Positions 38,021-52,745 are shown, counted from the first letter of the stretch. The stretch is 64,000 bases of DNA from Octopus vulgaris (GCA_951406725.2 OX597821.1:42470001-42534000), one strand, 5' to 3'. A program made the numbers and translations. Notes: generated from the sequence alone by a model not told the origin.

Positions 38021-41000
38021 TTTAGCAAGGAGTTTTGTTTTTTGTCAAAGAGGATCTCTATCAACTTTGCAGAATCTTCCTACCCACTTCCATTACTCGA
38101 ACAAAATAATTTTATGAAGAATATTCCTTCATGATATAGCATGAATTCTCAGAACGAAAGAGCAGAGACAATTTTGCTCCCCAACCCTGCTTTAATTAAC
38201 TGATTTGATAAGCAACAGGAAATTTTCTGCCTGTCCACACCTGCACACAGTGGGAAGGAAAGTAACTGTCCCTCCACCACTGTCCCAAATTTGCTTCGTC
38301 ACTGATATTCCTGCTTATGAAAACAATCGCAGTTATTACCTGTTTATTTTCAATTCCGTACTACTCTTAAAACAGAAATGTAATTACATATATACATTCT
38401 TTTGTCTATTGGAGTCATCTACTTGTGTCGTTCCTGCAGATGTCGGACAGTTTAAACGGATCTTGAAAGACTCCAAAATGTCAGGGGCCTTACTCCTTCC
38501 TCCAGACACAACAAATAAAGAACCAAAAAAAAAAAAAAACCTTGGCAACAACAGTAGCAGCAAAGACAAACAGACATAGACAGATAGACAGATAGACAGA
38601 CAGAAAGATGGACAGGCAAATAGAGAGGTAGACAGACGGATTGGCTGAAAAAAAAACAGAGTTTATTGCACTTTTATAAGACAAACGTATGGTTATTTGT
38701 TTCTAGTTTTATTGGCAAACACCGAGTCAATTTGTCCATAGTTCAATATATTTCTTTTTATAATCCGTTTACCACGATAAGACACCATCCCACTGACATT
38801 ATAAACAACCCTGTTAGAGCTGGTTTCATTAAGCCATGAGCTGCACCTAGCAATTTATTTATACAGAATTTCTTTATTCCATGTTTATTTAGTCGTGTAT
38901 TTAATTATATCATTGTATGGTTTATCGTTTTCTTTCATGCTTTATTTTTTTTTCCTACACGTAATGTGGCTTGGCTAACAGGCAGAGAGAAAAAGAGAGG
39001 ACAGAGAGGTGAGGTAAATAATTTTTTTTTTAAAACGTTAGAATTAAGAATAGGATAAGAGAAAAATGAGAAAAGAAACAAAAAGTTCCAATGGAAAGAA
39101 ATGGAAAAGTTATTGATTTTCCTGTAATCTATCTTATCAAGCCTCATCGTGCCTCGACTTGAAATGGCTGCCAGATGGCGACGTTGAATGTGACATCGGA
39201 TTTCTTTTGAGAAACAAGTTTTACAATTGACATTAGCAATCTGTTTTGTGATTTTAATCCAAACCAATCCAAACTAAAACACAATTCCTATTTAGCCTGG
39301 AAAATATCTCATTAGTGTTCGTTCAGAAATATTTAATGCAAGATAATGCACATGACCTCCTTAATAGAAAACAGAAACAAGAACTTTTAAAGATCGGAAA
39401 TATGATTAAGTTAGATTGCATCACAGCTATTTTTTAACTGCAAAAGGGAATTTAATTTCAATGTAGACTTCAGATTTATTTTCAGTGCATGTGCACAATC
39501 AGACTGAGATTTTGTGAAAGCTCATCACTTTGGCGTGAAATTCATTGCACAAAAGAAGACAATCGATTGCAATTTGCAGAGTATATATGACAAAAAATTC
39601 CATAGACAATATTATAACAATTCTATTATTATTAGATTTTGTTCGTCAGCAGACAGAGATCGTGTATAGTGTCCACAGTTTCATTTGGTCAGCTTTACGA
39701 CTACAATTTCTGATCTGATCTGTCGACTTAGACAGGAGCCTAAGACAGATTTAGTTACTGAAGCTGAACGAACCTCTACTGGCGCACAAAGAATACACGG
39801 ATTGGATTAGCGAATTAAGCAGAGGTTGACGGGGGCAATCAACAGCCATTGGTGGGGCACCTAGAAAAAGGTGATTAGATCTTTAACGGAGAGAAGTTGC
39901 TTTAATTAATTAAGCTGGTTTGAGCACCAATATACACCTGTGTGTTGATAAAGGAAGAAGCAGAAGACCAGGAGGATTAAATACGACGATTTATTCAACC
40001 CGTTAAAAAGCATTAACACGGCAACGTTGTTGGGATAATATCTTGAAATATACTGTCGGCAAATGTACAATGGTTTCTAATGCAGTTGGTACAGGATATA
40101 TGCAACGTAGAACAGGAAAACAAATACGTGACATAACTTCTGTTGGAGGACAGTGTAGTGGATCTTGCAGGCATGAAGTAGATTCGATCCTAGATAGCCA
40201 AATTTAAATTAACACTTCAACAGAACTTTTCTCACGATAAAACAATAGTTTTTCTGTAACAGCAGTTTACATTTGCCAAGCTAAGCAAAATAATATCTTC
40301 ACCACTTGACCCTTCAGACTTCTTCTAGGCCAACAAAAGCTGGAATTAAGATAATAAATACCACCAACGAAATCTATTGTTCTCAACGATATGTCTATCC
40401 TTCGGGATAGTTATAAAAGCAAGAACCCCCAAGCAGAAGTCAGTTAGTGACAACTCCAGTTAGTGGAGTTAGTGAGAACCCGAGTTAGAGAGAGCGACCA
40501 TCAGTTAGTGAAAGGACCGCTAGAATCATGGCCACAGGCAGGCAGCCATTAAAGACAAGCGGCCAGAGGGAAAAAGAAAGTTACAATAAGCGACTATACG
40601 AGACAGCTTCCCCCGACTCTCTCACTCTCACTAGCTCACTTTATTTTCTTTTACAACATCACTCTATTTCTATCTGTAATTTCTACTACACAATGACAAA
40701 AACACAAACACAAACTATACAAAGAAAATCTACGACACCTATCTTTACTTCGCATGCTTTACGATTTTATCACTTGCCCGTCAAGGCAAGGTATTTTACA
40801 ATGTGAAGAAAATATTGATTTTCTTCACAACTTCAATCACTGTTCTTTCCTCTTTACATAATTACAATCAACGTAGAATAAATTCTTTCAAACTGATTAC
40901 GACTCCGACGGTCCATACTATTGTTTACAAATTAATTTCAACCCGTCCCTCTAACCTCAGGTCACAGAAAACAAACGCCGACCTTTCTTCAGAGTATCAA

Positions 41001-41029
41001 TCAATCGCCCATCCAGAGTTTTGGTGAGC

Positions 41030-43008
41030 AGTCCCTCCCGTTAAATTTAGATCTTTATCGAGCTTTCCAATGGATTTTCGTCGTTGCTAAATTACCCACA
41101 TCAATCATAGGCGCCGATTTTTTGCACCACTTCGACCTCCCGGTCGAAGTCAAGCGAGACAGACTCGTCGATGCTACGACTAACCTCACTGTGCGCAGTA
41201 TAACCGCACGTATATCCACAGTGGGCCCTGTCATGTTACGTTCAAAAACCAGCTAATACGAAGCTATCCTTCGCCAATACCCGGACATCACCCGGCCACC
41301 TTATTAAAACAAAGACATCAAACACAGGATTACATGCCATATTGAGACCATCGGTCCACCTGTTGCCTCGCGACCGCGAAAGCTGTCTCCTGACCGCTTC
41401 CGAGTCGCTTGGAGACCATTCAACCATCCAGCAGTAATTGGTCCAGTCTACTCCATTTGGTACCCAAGAAAGAGACGAACGGCTGGCGCCCTTGCGAAGA
41501 CTTCAGAGCCCTCAACAACTATACTGTGCCCGAGACCTACCACATACCAAACTTTCACGATTTTTCTAGCTCACTGAACGGAGCACGGATTTTCTCCAAA
41601 ATCGAACTAGTGCGGACCTATTATCAGATCCCCGTCGAACCTACCGATGTTGCGAAAACGGCAATCACCACGCCCTTCAGACTATTCAAGTTTTTGCGGA
41701 TGCCCTCCGGCCTCCGTAACGCAGCGCAGACATTTCAGTGCTTTATAGACACCATCACAAGGGGTTTACTTTTCGTTTACGCTTACATCGACGATATGTT
41801 GGTAGCGAGTAAGTCTGAAGCTGACACGAGGTACATTTACATCAACTTTTTCAGCGGTTAGCTGCTTACGGCATTGTAATCAACACAAGTAAGTGTGTTT
41901 TCGGTGTCTCGTCTTTTCCATTTCTTGGGCATATTGTTGACAAGGACAGAATTCGTCCCCTACTCGAAAAGGTGGAGGTGATTGTCAATTTCTCTATTCC
42001 TACGTCCATCCGGAAACTGCGCGAATTTTGAGGATTGATTAACTTTTACCGGCGTTTCCTCCCACACTGCGCCGAAGCAATTCAGCCGCTTACAGATGTT
42101 CTGCTCAACAATATGAAGAAGAGACAAGCTATAACGTTAGGCGACGCAGAGTTGGCCTCCTTCAATAAACTAAAGGATACGCTAGCTAAGGCTGAGATGC
42201 TGGTTTACCCCAAACCTAGTGCTCCACTCACTTTACTGATTGACGCGTCCCTGCGTCAAGCTCCAATATCCTCTATCTTTAGTAATTCGATATTCCACAT
42301 TAATGCATTGCAAATGTCATGTTTTAATTGAATCTATTGTATGAGCAGTTAAGATTTTCCTGTCTGGAGTTGGTGGTGTTCTTCAGCAGTTTGTGGATGG
42401 CGCTTGACAACCATTATCCTTCTTCTCCAAACGACTTCAGTCCGCGAAGCTAAATACTGTACTTTTGGACGTGAGCTCCTGTCAGTGTACCTGTCCGTTA
42501 AGCACTTCCGCCATATGTTAGACGGGTCCGTTTTCAGTATCTACACGGACCATAAACCGCTCGTATACGCCTTCAAAACAAAACCTGATCGCCATTCTCC
42601 GAGAGAAGTCCGTTACCTCGACTTCATCGCTCAATATTCTACAGATATTCGGCATTCAAAGGGTCGGACAATACAGCAGCAGACGCACTTTCAGTGCCCA
42701 TCTTAACGCCTTGCACGCCCCAGAGACTATCCATCTTCATCTGATCGCGGCGGATCAAGAAAACGACGAAGAGCTTAATAAGCTCCGGGGTTCATTGTCC
42801 CTCAAGTTCCAGCTGTTCCCACTATCTTCTTCTACCAGTCATATATGGTGTGATACCCCCACTGCTCACGAACGCCCTTATATCCCTGAACAACACTGAC
42901 GACGTATTTTCACTGCCTTTCACTGCCTATCACACCTCGGCATTCGTTCCACACAGAAGATGATATCAACTCATTTTGTGTGGACGAACATTAACAAGGA
43001 CATCCGTG
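41030..43008 (+). mobile_element. Ty3/Gypsy LTR retrotransposon pol relic (protease end, RT, RNase H, integrase Zn finger)
   Basis: IIGADFLHHFDL; [26 protein letters not shown]; [16 protein letters not shown]; YIDD; RELLSVYLSVKHFRHML..YTDHKPL; HCLSHLGIRST. Multiple frameshifts and stops, no LTR pair found. Confidence 0.95.
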
Positions 43009-43878
43009 CTTCGTTTGTGTGTGTGTGTGTCGGGGGAAATTTCGCAATATTATTAGAGATTTTCGTTTTTTCTTGCCAAGAGTATGTGCCACACCAGGGT
43101 ACCGACCAAAGCAATGAAGCGCGGAAGCTAACGCAGTATATGTTGCAGAAGTTGCTTGGTGAATTTTATCACTGGTCCTCCAAGGAATTCTTTGCCTTGA
43201 ATATAACTTTGTTGTAAAGGAAAATAAAAAAAAAACTTTGTTTAGCCCATTGATTATTGGCTCACTTCCATCCTCAGCCCTTGATTTTGATGTGCAACCG
43301 TGTGTATCAGAAGTTTGCCGTGTATCAATTTGGTTTGAAGAGAGATTTGAAAGTGTAAACTTTCTAATCGTGGATTTGTCACATCATCGTTTTCACTGTC
43401 TGAAATCTCCATATCAGCTCCGTCATTTTCATTTTTCTAATCGTTCGACTCCATGCAGTCGTCATCGTAGTAAGCACAATGAGGTTGATCTTTTGCGTTG
43501 TTCAATACAAGATTCGCATGGCAATCGGAGGTCACCATTTTGAATACCAATCTTTAACTTGACAAGGGCAATGTGAGCTCTGATTGGCTATATGCAAACG
43601 AGTTCATTACTGGGGTCCGGAACTCTCGTGGGAAAAAAATTTCACGTCCCGCACGACGAACAAGTCCCTTATTTTACTTACTCTCTCGGCTTTCCGCCTT
43701 TAGTGACATTGCTCTATCAATCTCCCTACTACTGCTAGATCGACGAAATCAAGCAGCGTAGAACCTAAGGCCATGCAGTATCAGACACTGAAATACAAAA
43801 CTCCTTTTTATACAGATCTGCTCTCGATTGTTGATACTATCATCTACCCGTCGTGTTAAGTATTGATTACATGTAACG

Positions 43879-44100
43879 GTTAAGTTAAGTTAAGTTAAGT
43901 TAATTTTTTGGCTCAAAAAGCAAAAAGCAAAGCCATGTAGGGGGACATGGAGTTATGTACAAGGAGGGTGTTCATGCAAAGAGTTCAGGCCATTTCTGGT
44001 CAAGAGAGACTTTGAACCGAGCAGTCGTCGGCATCTTCACTATCTCGTCCGGCAGCTTATTCCACGGATCCTCAACCCGGACGGAGAAAGCCCCTCTCCT
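43879..44100 (-). mobile_element. CR1-type LINE 3' end with (CTTAA)n tail
   Basis: RRGAFSVRVEDPWNKLPDEIVKMPTTARFKVSLDQKWPELFA* followed by a pentamer tail. Confidence 0.85.
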
Positions 44101-44814
44101 TTAAAATATTTGTTTGTAACTTCGACCACTGTCTTTATTTCACGGAGTCAACATCATCAGCATCATCCACATAACAACCCGTTACTGATATATTGGATAT
44201 TGTAGTCCGAGATGAGCTATGTCTCAAAAAACAGCGAATTGCTTATACGTCTACTCAGTGAGAGAATAGGAGAAAGAGTAGGGAGGGAGAGGAGAAAGCC
44301 GGGGTGTGCTATAAATGAGAGTAACATGAGGAGGGATGAAGAGGAAACACTCGGTATTACGGCTCATGATAGAAGAACTGCTTTCCCATAATGAAGGAAC
44401 GTGTCCTAGCTAACTGAAACATGCAATTTTAAACAATGATTCAATGAAACAAGCAAATAATATTGAACAAAAATAAAATCTATCAAATTTATATAATTAA
44501 ATAAATAAAACATCAATGGTATCACATTCCGTTAAGTTTTCTTTCGTTTTCTCTTTTCCCCTTTACAATAACGATCCTATAGCGTTGCACCTCTTTGATT
44601 TCACGGACATTTTACGTCTGAAAATACATTTTCATTTTTCTGTAGCAAAACTCAATCGACTTGCTTTTCCATTGATGGTTGTTTCTGACACAAAAAACCC
44701 AGACCGGTGATTCTGTCCATTGGTCTATAAGATAAATCAATATTTGTCAGAGATGTGTATGTCGAGAGAGCTGCTATGGAGAGCCATATTGGGCATGAAT
44801 AATTATTAAAGTTC

Positions 44815-45089
44815 TGTTGTGTCTGGGGAGAGTCATTTTCTTTTTGTGCCTTATTATGTAACACACTCACCGGTAAAATTTCAACTTTTTCCTTATTTTT
44901 ATTGTCCTAAAATTTTCGCTGCGTCTTGCAACCTTTTCAATAGTTTTCAGTAGTCAAAACTATTGAAAAGGTTGCAAGACGCAACGAAAATTTTAGGACA
45001 ATAAAAATAAGGAAAAAATGTGGAATTTTACCGGTGAGTGTGTTACATAATAAGGCACGAAAAGAAAATGACTCTCCCCAGACACAACA
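44815..45089. repeat. Palindrome with about 133-bp arms and an 8-nt loop (44948-44955)
   Basis: The arms are near-exact reverse complements with a few mismatches. Confidence 0.95.
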
Positions 45090-45245
45090 AAATATGCTTC
45101 AACACACGAATTCATATAAAGAATCTTGCAAACCAAATCCAAAAACGAATTATTAAAGTACTATCTAATATCACAAAAACTCACTGAATGCAGCAAAGCT
45201 GTTTTCAATGGCGTATTTGAAAACTCACTGTTTTATAAACACACG

Positions 45246-45296
<51 letters not shown>

Positions 45297-45317
45297 ACAC
45301 ACACACATACACACACA

Positions 45318-45582
45318 CTAGCTGAGTATCCTGTCGTTACCGGGTAACTTCCACACTAAAATACCTTCATTTCAATTTTTTTTTTATATTATGTCAGACC
45401 ATGTCTTCTCCGACGGATAGGTTTCTTCACCATAACAAATTTCTGCATTATTTGGAAACATTTATATTGTATCGATAAACTGTTTTTGTAATTCTATTTC
45501 GCGCATAGATGTAAAGATTTTTCTTAGCTCGCTGTTGATGCTTTGTGAAGGTGTTTCGACTCTGCTGCCCTAATGTAATTCC

Positions 45583-45644
<62 letters not shown>

Positions 45645-46290
45645 TAATACACACACACACACATACACTAATACACACACACACTAATACACGCACTCTA
45701 ACACACACACACCCTAATACACACATTGAGTGTGAGCGATATACATTTACAGAGAGTGAGGGAGAGTGTGGTAAATATATAGACAGAAGAGAGGAAGCTT
45801 CCAATGAAAAAAGCATAAATGAAAGCGATAGATAGATAGTGAGAGAGAGAGAGAGGGAGGGGGGAGAGAGAGACAGAGAGAGAGAGATATTTCTTTTCTG
45901 TTGCTGTCACAGGTTTTGAAATTTGAAACTTAAGGGAAAATTTGGTATATTGATTATTTTTTTCACGCTGAATCCGATTTTGTGATTCATTTATTCGAGA
46001 AAATTTTTAGTAAAATATTATAGAGGTTTAAAGTTTGATCATTTTTACCCAATCAGAAAGCAGGATTTGGGAGGTAGCATTTTAGGTGATAGCTGTCTAT
46101 CATAAAATGAAAGTAAATAGTACAACGATGAAATTTGCAGCAAATTAATGTGAATGATATGAATTCAAAAAATGAAGGCATTAGTATAGTATTGTAGTTA
46201 CTTCGCGAGAATTTAGGATGGTGCTATTTCAATATTTTAAACATGAAAATGTAATTACAACTGCAGACGAAATATATTTATACATAACCA
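45318..46290 (-). mobile_element. Probable non-autonomous Helitron (5' boundary uncertain)
   Basis: The minus-strand 3' end acccggtaacgacaggatactcagCTAG|t gives an imperfect hairpin plus CTAG, with internal (CA)n and (GA)n. Confidence 0.45.
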
Positions 46291-47174
46291 TTATTTGAAC
46301 TTCAAACTTTGTGAGAAAGGAAAAGGATACTCATATATATTTTACTTCCCCTTCTCTTTTCTTTATTCTCCCACACCGTCTTTTCCTTTCAGTTTCTCAT
46401 AATTTTTCTGTTTTACTGTCACTCATTTTCAGTCACCTCCAGGATGGGATAAGAAGAGGAAATTGTGTGACTGACTCATATTAATCATCAATAAATAGAA
46501 AGACATTGACAATTATGTACGGTCAAACAACACAACCGAAATATAGATAAGGCTCTTTCAGCCTTTACTTGCGATCTAACGGTTCATACAGAGTTATGGG
46601 GCTTTTCATCACTACACCACCACCATCACCACCAGTGATAAGCATTACAAAATGACTGATAGCTACATCAACTGCGGGTTTGAATTCAGAGTGTCTTCCC
46701 TTAGGCTTTTCCAACCAAAGGATACCTACAAGTAGGCAGGGATTTAAAAGAGGCGTATTTGCACACAGATGGTCGTTAACTCTCATGAATTTATACACCC
46801 TTTAACGGGTCTTGTTTTTGTTCTGTATTTTCGATCCTGCAGAGAGTACAAAAATCACCCTCCCCACCAAGCAGGTTTGTGTGGGGGGGGGTGAGGTGTA
46901 AATTTAGCCACCGCCGATCCAGAAACGCAACAGGATGTTATATGTTACCTGTAGTACTCTAGAGTGACCTGATAGAAAAACTTATAAATGCTTAGATTTT
47001 GTAAGAAGGAGCAAAAGAAATTGACGTGCATCCTCCAAACCCAACCAATTAGCGGCTCAGTAAGATATTCCAAAGATTCTTCATCTGAGATTCTTTAAAT
47101 GAATACACACACACGTAGTTGTGTGCATTTACAAAGACACATATATAAAAAGTAATGGTGCACACACACACACA

Positions 47175-47225
<51 letters not shown>

Positions 47226-47670
47226 ACACGCACGTACAAGCACTAAATACTAAATAGATGCTTACGCTGAATATAAGTAAAGGTGCGTCCACTACATATA
47301 TGCACACGCCTACATATATGTCACTTTGTTAGCGACCGGCTTGAACTCCAACCTAAATATATCTCAAAGAAAAACATACACACACATTATCACTTATTTG
47401 TATGTATAAAAATGCTTAGTCGTCAAGCGAGTATGACTTAGCTGGGTCACCTTGGTCAGCTGGGAGTTATATTATTTGGTCTGGCTGCATACTGCGCCCA
47501 TATAAAACCAAGCGCAGCAATATTTTACTTTTGTGTAACATATTTACAGATGGGTGTAACAATAGGTAAGTTTTGCGTAAACTGTTATGGTAAATACCAG
47601 TAGCTAGTGTGTGGGAGGAGAAAATGCGTTCAAGTTCGGCGAGAAGAGAAAATGTTTGCTTGGTGAGAGG

Positions 47671-47844
47671 CAGGGCCGGCCCTAGGGTTACTGGTACTCT
47701 GACTAAACTGAACTTCGGCGTCCTTACAAGTATAATTTTTTTTTAATTTTCACATGGAAAAAAAAAACAACTGAAAATGTAGACTAAAAAGCACATGGCG
47801 CCCCGGGCGACTGCCTGAGTTGCCGGTACCTTGAGCCAGCCCTG
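47671..47844. mobile_element. hAT-like MITE
   Basis: TIRs CAGGGCCGGC / GCCAGCCCTG and a degenerate 8-bp TSD gtgagagg/gcgagaag. Confidence 0.7.
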
Positions 47845-48586
47845 GCGAGAAGCGAGAATGTATGTTTGGCGAAAGGAGTTCTTTTAACGCGAGATCAGAG
47901 TGACATGACTGTTGGTTAAGCAAGAAAACCTCTACCGTTCTCTACGGCCCTCTGCGATCCTCTGTTGTCCTCTGCCACTGTATATTCCGAGCATCTCAGT
48001 ATATAACTATGATTTGGAACGAAACTGCATGAAATTTTCCGTCTGACCACGCCACAACACAATTGCCTAGAACAACTATTGGCTGAAATGTAAGCTAAGA
48101 TCACCTGATATATCATGGCATTCGTCCGTTACAGAACTGACAAGGGTTCGCCTGCTAAGTACTGCTGTAGTAGCTTGTACTACACATTTGCTTATGGTTT
48201 TAGGTTCCTATTTCATAACAAGCAACACAGACACCCTCTCGGTCCTTCCATCTATAACTGAGTCGACAATGTGACGGTTGTCGAGTGGGAGAGAGCTGCA
48301 CCAACATTTGGCTGGTAATCGTTTTCATCTGAGTAGACCGGAGTAACGGGAAATGATGCGCCTTCTTGAAGGACACCATATGCCGCCCGCTTCGGGAATC
48401 AAGCCTACGACCTTATGATCATGAGTCTAATCACGCTATTCACATAGTCATACTTACCTACCTACCTACATACATACCTACCTATTTTCCTACATACATA
48501 TATATATACATCCATATACACGTACATATAGACATACATACATTTGTGCAAGCACACTCAAAGACATATATGCATGCATACATACA

Positions 48587-48621
<35 letters not shown>

Positions 48622-48625
48622 TATA

Positions 48626-49291
48626 CTAGCAGTATCGCCCGGCGTTGCTCGGGTTTGTAAGGGAAATAACTATATAAGCATTTTTAGAGAGTTATAAAAA
48701 ATAGCAAAAAAATGCATTAAAAATGGAATAAAAAATGATGGTAATTTTTTTAAATCGTTGACTCATCGTAGACATTTTTAGAGAGTTACTTCCCTTATAT
48801 AATAGCGAAAAAATGCATTAAAATGGAAAAAATGATGGTAATTTTTTTTTAAATCGTAGACTCATCGTAGACGCTTTCTTAGCCATTTCTGTTTTGGTGT
48901 CTTCAAGCCATGAAGTCGTTGTTCTAAAAGAACGCTGGTCTCATTGACAACGCTTTACGACGTTGATTTCTTTACACTCCCTTCCCCACAGCTTCACGAG
49001 GGAGGGAAGAAGGGGGAGAAGCAACACAGGTGTAGGTGTGAGTATGGACGCCAACTCCGCCGCCATCGACACACGAAAAAATATGCGTTAAAATGGAAAA
49101 AAATTATGGTAAATTATTTTTAAAATCGTAGACTCATCGTAGACGCGCGCTAATACCCAGACGGGCTCGATATGAATCACGACTATAAGATACCCGGTTT
49201 TGGTTAAACTGCACCGCAAAATGTGGGAGTAGTTAGGAATCTAAATCGTAGGAGACAGACACTCACACAACTACAGTTTTATATATATAGA
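48626..49291 (-). mobile_element. Non-autonomous Helitron, complete
   Basis: Minus strand A|TCTATATATATAAAA ... CCCGAGCAACGCCGGG hairpin ... CTAG|T, which are canonical termini in an AT target. Confidence 0.85.
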
Positions 49292-49363
49292 TATACTGTA
49301 TATAAATATATATATGTGTATATATATGTGTGTATATACATACGTACGTATGTACGTATATGT

Positions 49364-49394
<31 letters not shown>

Positions 49395-49395
49395 A

Positions 49396-49438
<43 letters not shown>

Positions 49439-49719
49439 TGAAATCATACAATTTTATGAATACATAGTGATATAAAAATCTCATAATCTTCATTGTTTAA
49501 AAATAATTGCCAGCAAAATCTTATAAAATGCCAATGTTCTAAAAGATGTACATGTTTATATGCCATATATGAAAATTTAGATTTTTCATTTTGATTCTCT
49601 AATCACCTCGTAAAGACACAATAATAATTTCATAAGTTCATGATACTTGTAAGGATAACTGTTGGTTAGTAGCCAACTAGTAGTTACACCTGTTACTGAT
49701 CAGGGCACTTTGATGACTG

Positions 49720-51934
49720 GCGTGCCGGTGGGGTAGCAGTTACAATAGCCGACTAGCTGGTTCCAATGATGCCAGATTTAACACCCGTTAAAGAGCGTAT
49801 TATGAAGCTGAGGAATCGACATTCTCTGACTGCCATTTCTTTGGTTGCTCTGTACGCTCCGACTACTGTGAGTAACATGTCGCTGAGAGAGAGAGACATT
49901 CTACGCCCAGCTATGCTGCCATGAGGAATATTTTGAAAAGGGACACGCCCTTGGTCATGAGAGATTTTAATGTATCTACAGGTTTGACAGAACGGTATAT
50001 GAGAGCGTTGTCGGTCATTTTCGGTCCAGCACTAGGAGCAAAAGAAAGCGATGTGATATTCTTGGACTTTGCCAAAAGCCACGGACTTTGCATTGCTAGC
50101 TCCTTGTAGCAACGTCCTTAGCTGCATCGCTGAACTTGGTATCCCAGTACTGTCATGTAGCAAAGAAGACCAACCATGTGCTAGCTTCATTGGAACTGAC
50201 TACAAGACTTTAGTGATTCAGTTGAGATAATGACCGAAGTCAGCCAGACCCAGACTCGATGATAACGGTGTAAGCAAGACTTATTCGTAGTAAGACTTAT
50301 TCGTAGCAAGATTTATTCGAAGCAAGACTTATTCGCAGCAGTTGGGTTTATGCTACATGTGGCTGGTCCATCGACGGAACCTGTGGGGATGTGGGGAAAC
50401 TTACAGGGACACCTTGCTGTTGACTGTTAGTGTGTGACTGGCTTCCAAAATAGAAACTAGGAAACCTTTTCTTTCCAGAGAAATCCTCGCATTGATGAAG
50501 TGCAGCGGCAGGGCGAGGCTGGTTGGGGTCCCAGCACTTTTGCATTTGGGGCTGAAATGTGGAGGAGCCAAATCATTGAGCTCTGACAAGGAGAAGCAAG
50601 TTCGATGAATCTTCGAAGAAGTAGAGATTCAGATGCACACTTGTAATTCGCGTACAGCCTACAGAGGAATCGCCGTGCTTAGCAGAGAAAAATCTCCGTC
50701 TCGGTGGTCTGATGTCTTAGATGCTGATGAAATGATCCCAACGAAGGAGCTAAAGGTGATGGCTCGCTGGATATCGAACTTTGAGAAGGTGTATAAGATG
50801 GACCCGCCTAGTACTGCTCTGAATACCGTGATGTCGTCAACACTGGTGACTGACTTGCCAGTCAGCTGTAATCGAAGTTCGCATGGCGGTAAATCAGCTG
50901 AGTGGTGGAAAGGCACGGGGAGATGATCAAGATAGGTGGACCTGCTGCAGTTGTTGTGGCAGATTAACAACTCAATTTGGAGCAGTGACATCACACTGCC
51001 AGGCTGGAAGAGGAGTATAATTATCCCTATCTGGAAAGGTAAAGGTGGCCACCACGACTATAGGGTTCTTACACCCCCCTCGATACTCGGTGAGATCTTT
51101 TCCACGGTTATTCTAGACAGAGTGCGAAATCATCTAGAACGCTTATTGGCGAAGTTAGGATTACTGACCTGGATTTTGCTGATAGTGTGGTTATTCTTGC
51201 TGAGTCTCTGAATGTCTTAAGAAGTGCTTTCCTTTCACTGAGGGAGCAGAACCACTTGATCTTAGAGCTTCTTGGGTTAAGACAAAGATCTTTTGATGAC
51301 TTCCTGGGGGACTCCATCTAGTTTGTCTGTTGCGAATGAGAATGTCGAAGCTGTTGATCTCTTCGCTTATCTCGGCATCGTGCTGGTGGTGCAGTTGTGG
51401 CCTCACTGGAGAAGGGTGTTTGGTGCTGCCGGTATTGGAGCAGGAGGACAAAGGTTCCTTCAAGTCTTTAGTCCTTCCTGTCTTGCTCTACAGTTGCGAG
51501 ACTTGAACACTGTCAGGATCCCTTAGGGGTCATCTGAACTCATTTGGTACCAGGACCCTCCGCAAAGTTATGGGCTACCATCAGTCGAAATTTGTTTCTA
51601 ACCAACAACTATACTCAGAAAGTGGGATGCGTCCTGTTACTTACATGATTCAAGAGTATCAACTTAGACTGTTTTGTCATATTGCTCGATTTTTCGACAT
51701 GGATCCTTTGTACTGTGTTCTTTTCTATGAGGATCCGGCTGAGGTGAGGGCTCAGATTGGTTGCATACATGCCGCATAGTCAAAGCGGATGAGGAAGTAT
51801 TTCACAGATGTGGGTCACTACTGCACGTTGGGTTGTACAGGACGACCAGAGCAGATACCGACAAATGGTGGATGCAGTGACTCGTTGCAACGGCGTATAC
51901 CCCAATAGCTGACCTGACCTGACCTGACCTGACC
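49720..51934 (+). mobile_element. RTE-clade LINE relic (APE endonuclease plus RT) with (GACCT)n tail
   Basis: ERIMKL..VALYAPT, LVMRDFN, WKRSIIIPIWKGKG..DYR, DLDFADSV, FAYLG and QLRLFCHIARF. Tail at 51909-51934. Confidence 0.85.
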
Positions 51935-52711
51935 TTTTGTCATACCTATGTCTTCAGACAGTTTTTATAATGCATGATCTCGGCAAAGTAAAGAGCAAAA
52001 GTAAAACACATTAATGCTCTCAAATTTTGGCACAAGGCTAGCAGGTTCGGGAAGTGGGTAAGTCAATTACACAGAATCCCAGTGCTCAACTCCCGAAAGG
52101 ATGGAAGGCCAAGTCGACCTCGGCAGAATGTGGATTCAGAACGTAAAGACGAAAGAAATGTTGCTAAGTATTTTGCCCGGCGTGCTAACGACTCTGCCAG
52201 CGCGCCGTCTTAGCCAGCCCGTTAACTTAGCCAGCGCGCCGTCTTAGCCAGCCCGTTAACTTAGCCAGCGCGCCGCCTTAGTCAGCTCGCCAAAATACAT
52301 TAATGCGAGCACATCTCACTCACAACGTTCAACATTTCGAAATTTAGCTGAGAAGTATATACGACCGAAGTATATAACACCCGAAGGCACAATTTACAAC
52401 CTTCATCCGATTTTCAAAATTATTTGTTTAAGACCTCACTCAAACACCTACAAATTTGCACATAAAAAATGTATATAGAATATTTACAATAGCATAACCT
52501 CTTGAAAACAATCACGTGATTTAATATTTTTATCTTAATTCTGACCTACTATTTATCACTTTATTTACCTCCCACACGAGCTTTATTATGTAACTCAGCA
52601 GTCCCCAATCTATCTTGCACCACGGGCCAGTTTCAAGCAACATAATTTTTCCACTGACATATCAAAACACAATAAAATGCATAATATATAATTTATGTAT
52701 TACAAAATGAC

Positions 52712-52745
<34 letters not shown>

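Noticed and set aside
43030-43760. Acidic minus-strand stretch (DMEISDSENDD) suggestive of a piggyBac N-terminus
   Set aside because: No catalytic motifs or TIR pair were found.
50271-50340. 16-bp x4 tandem repeat (and an about 34-bp duplication at 52196-52280)
   Set aside because: These are local slippage inside decayed LINE and SINE copies.
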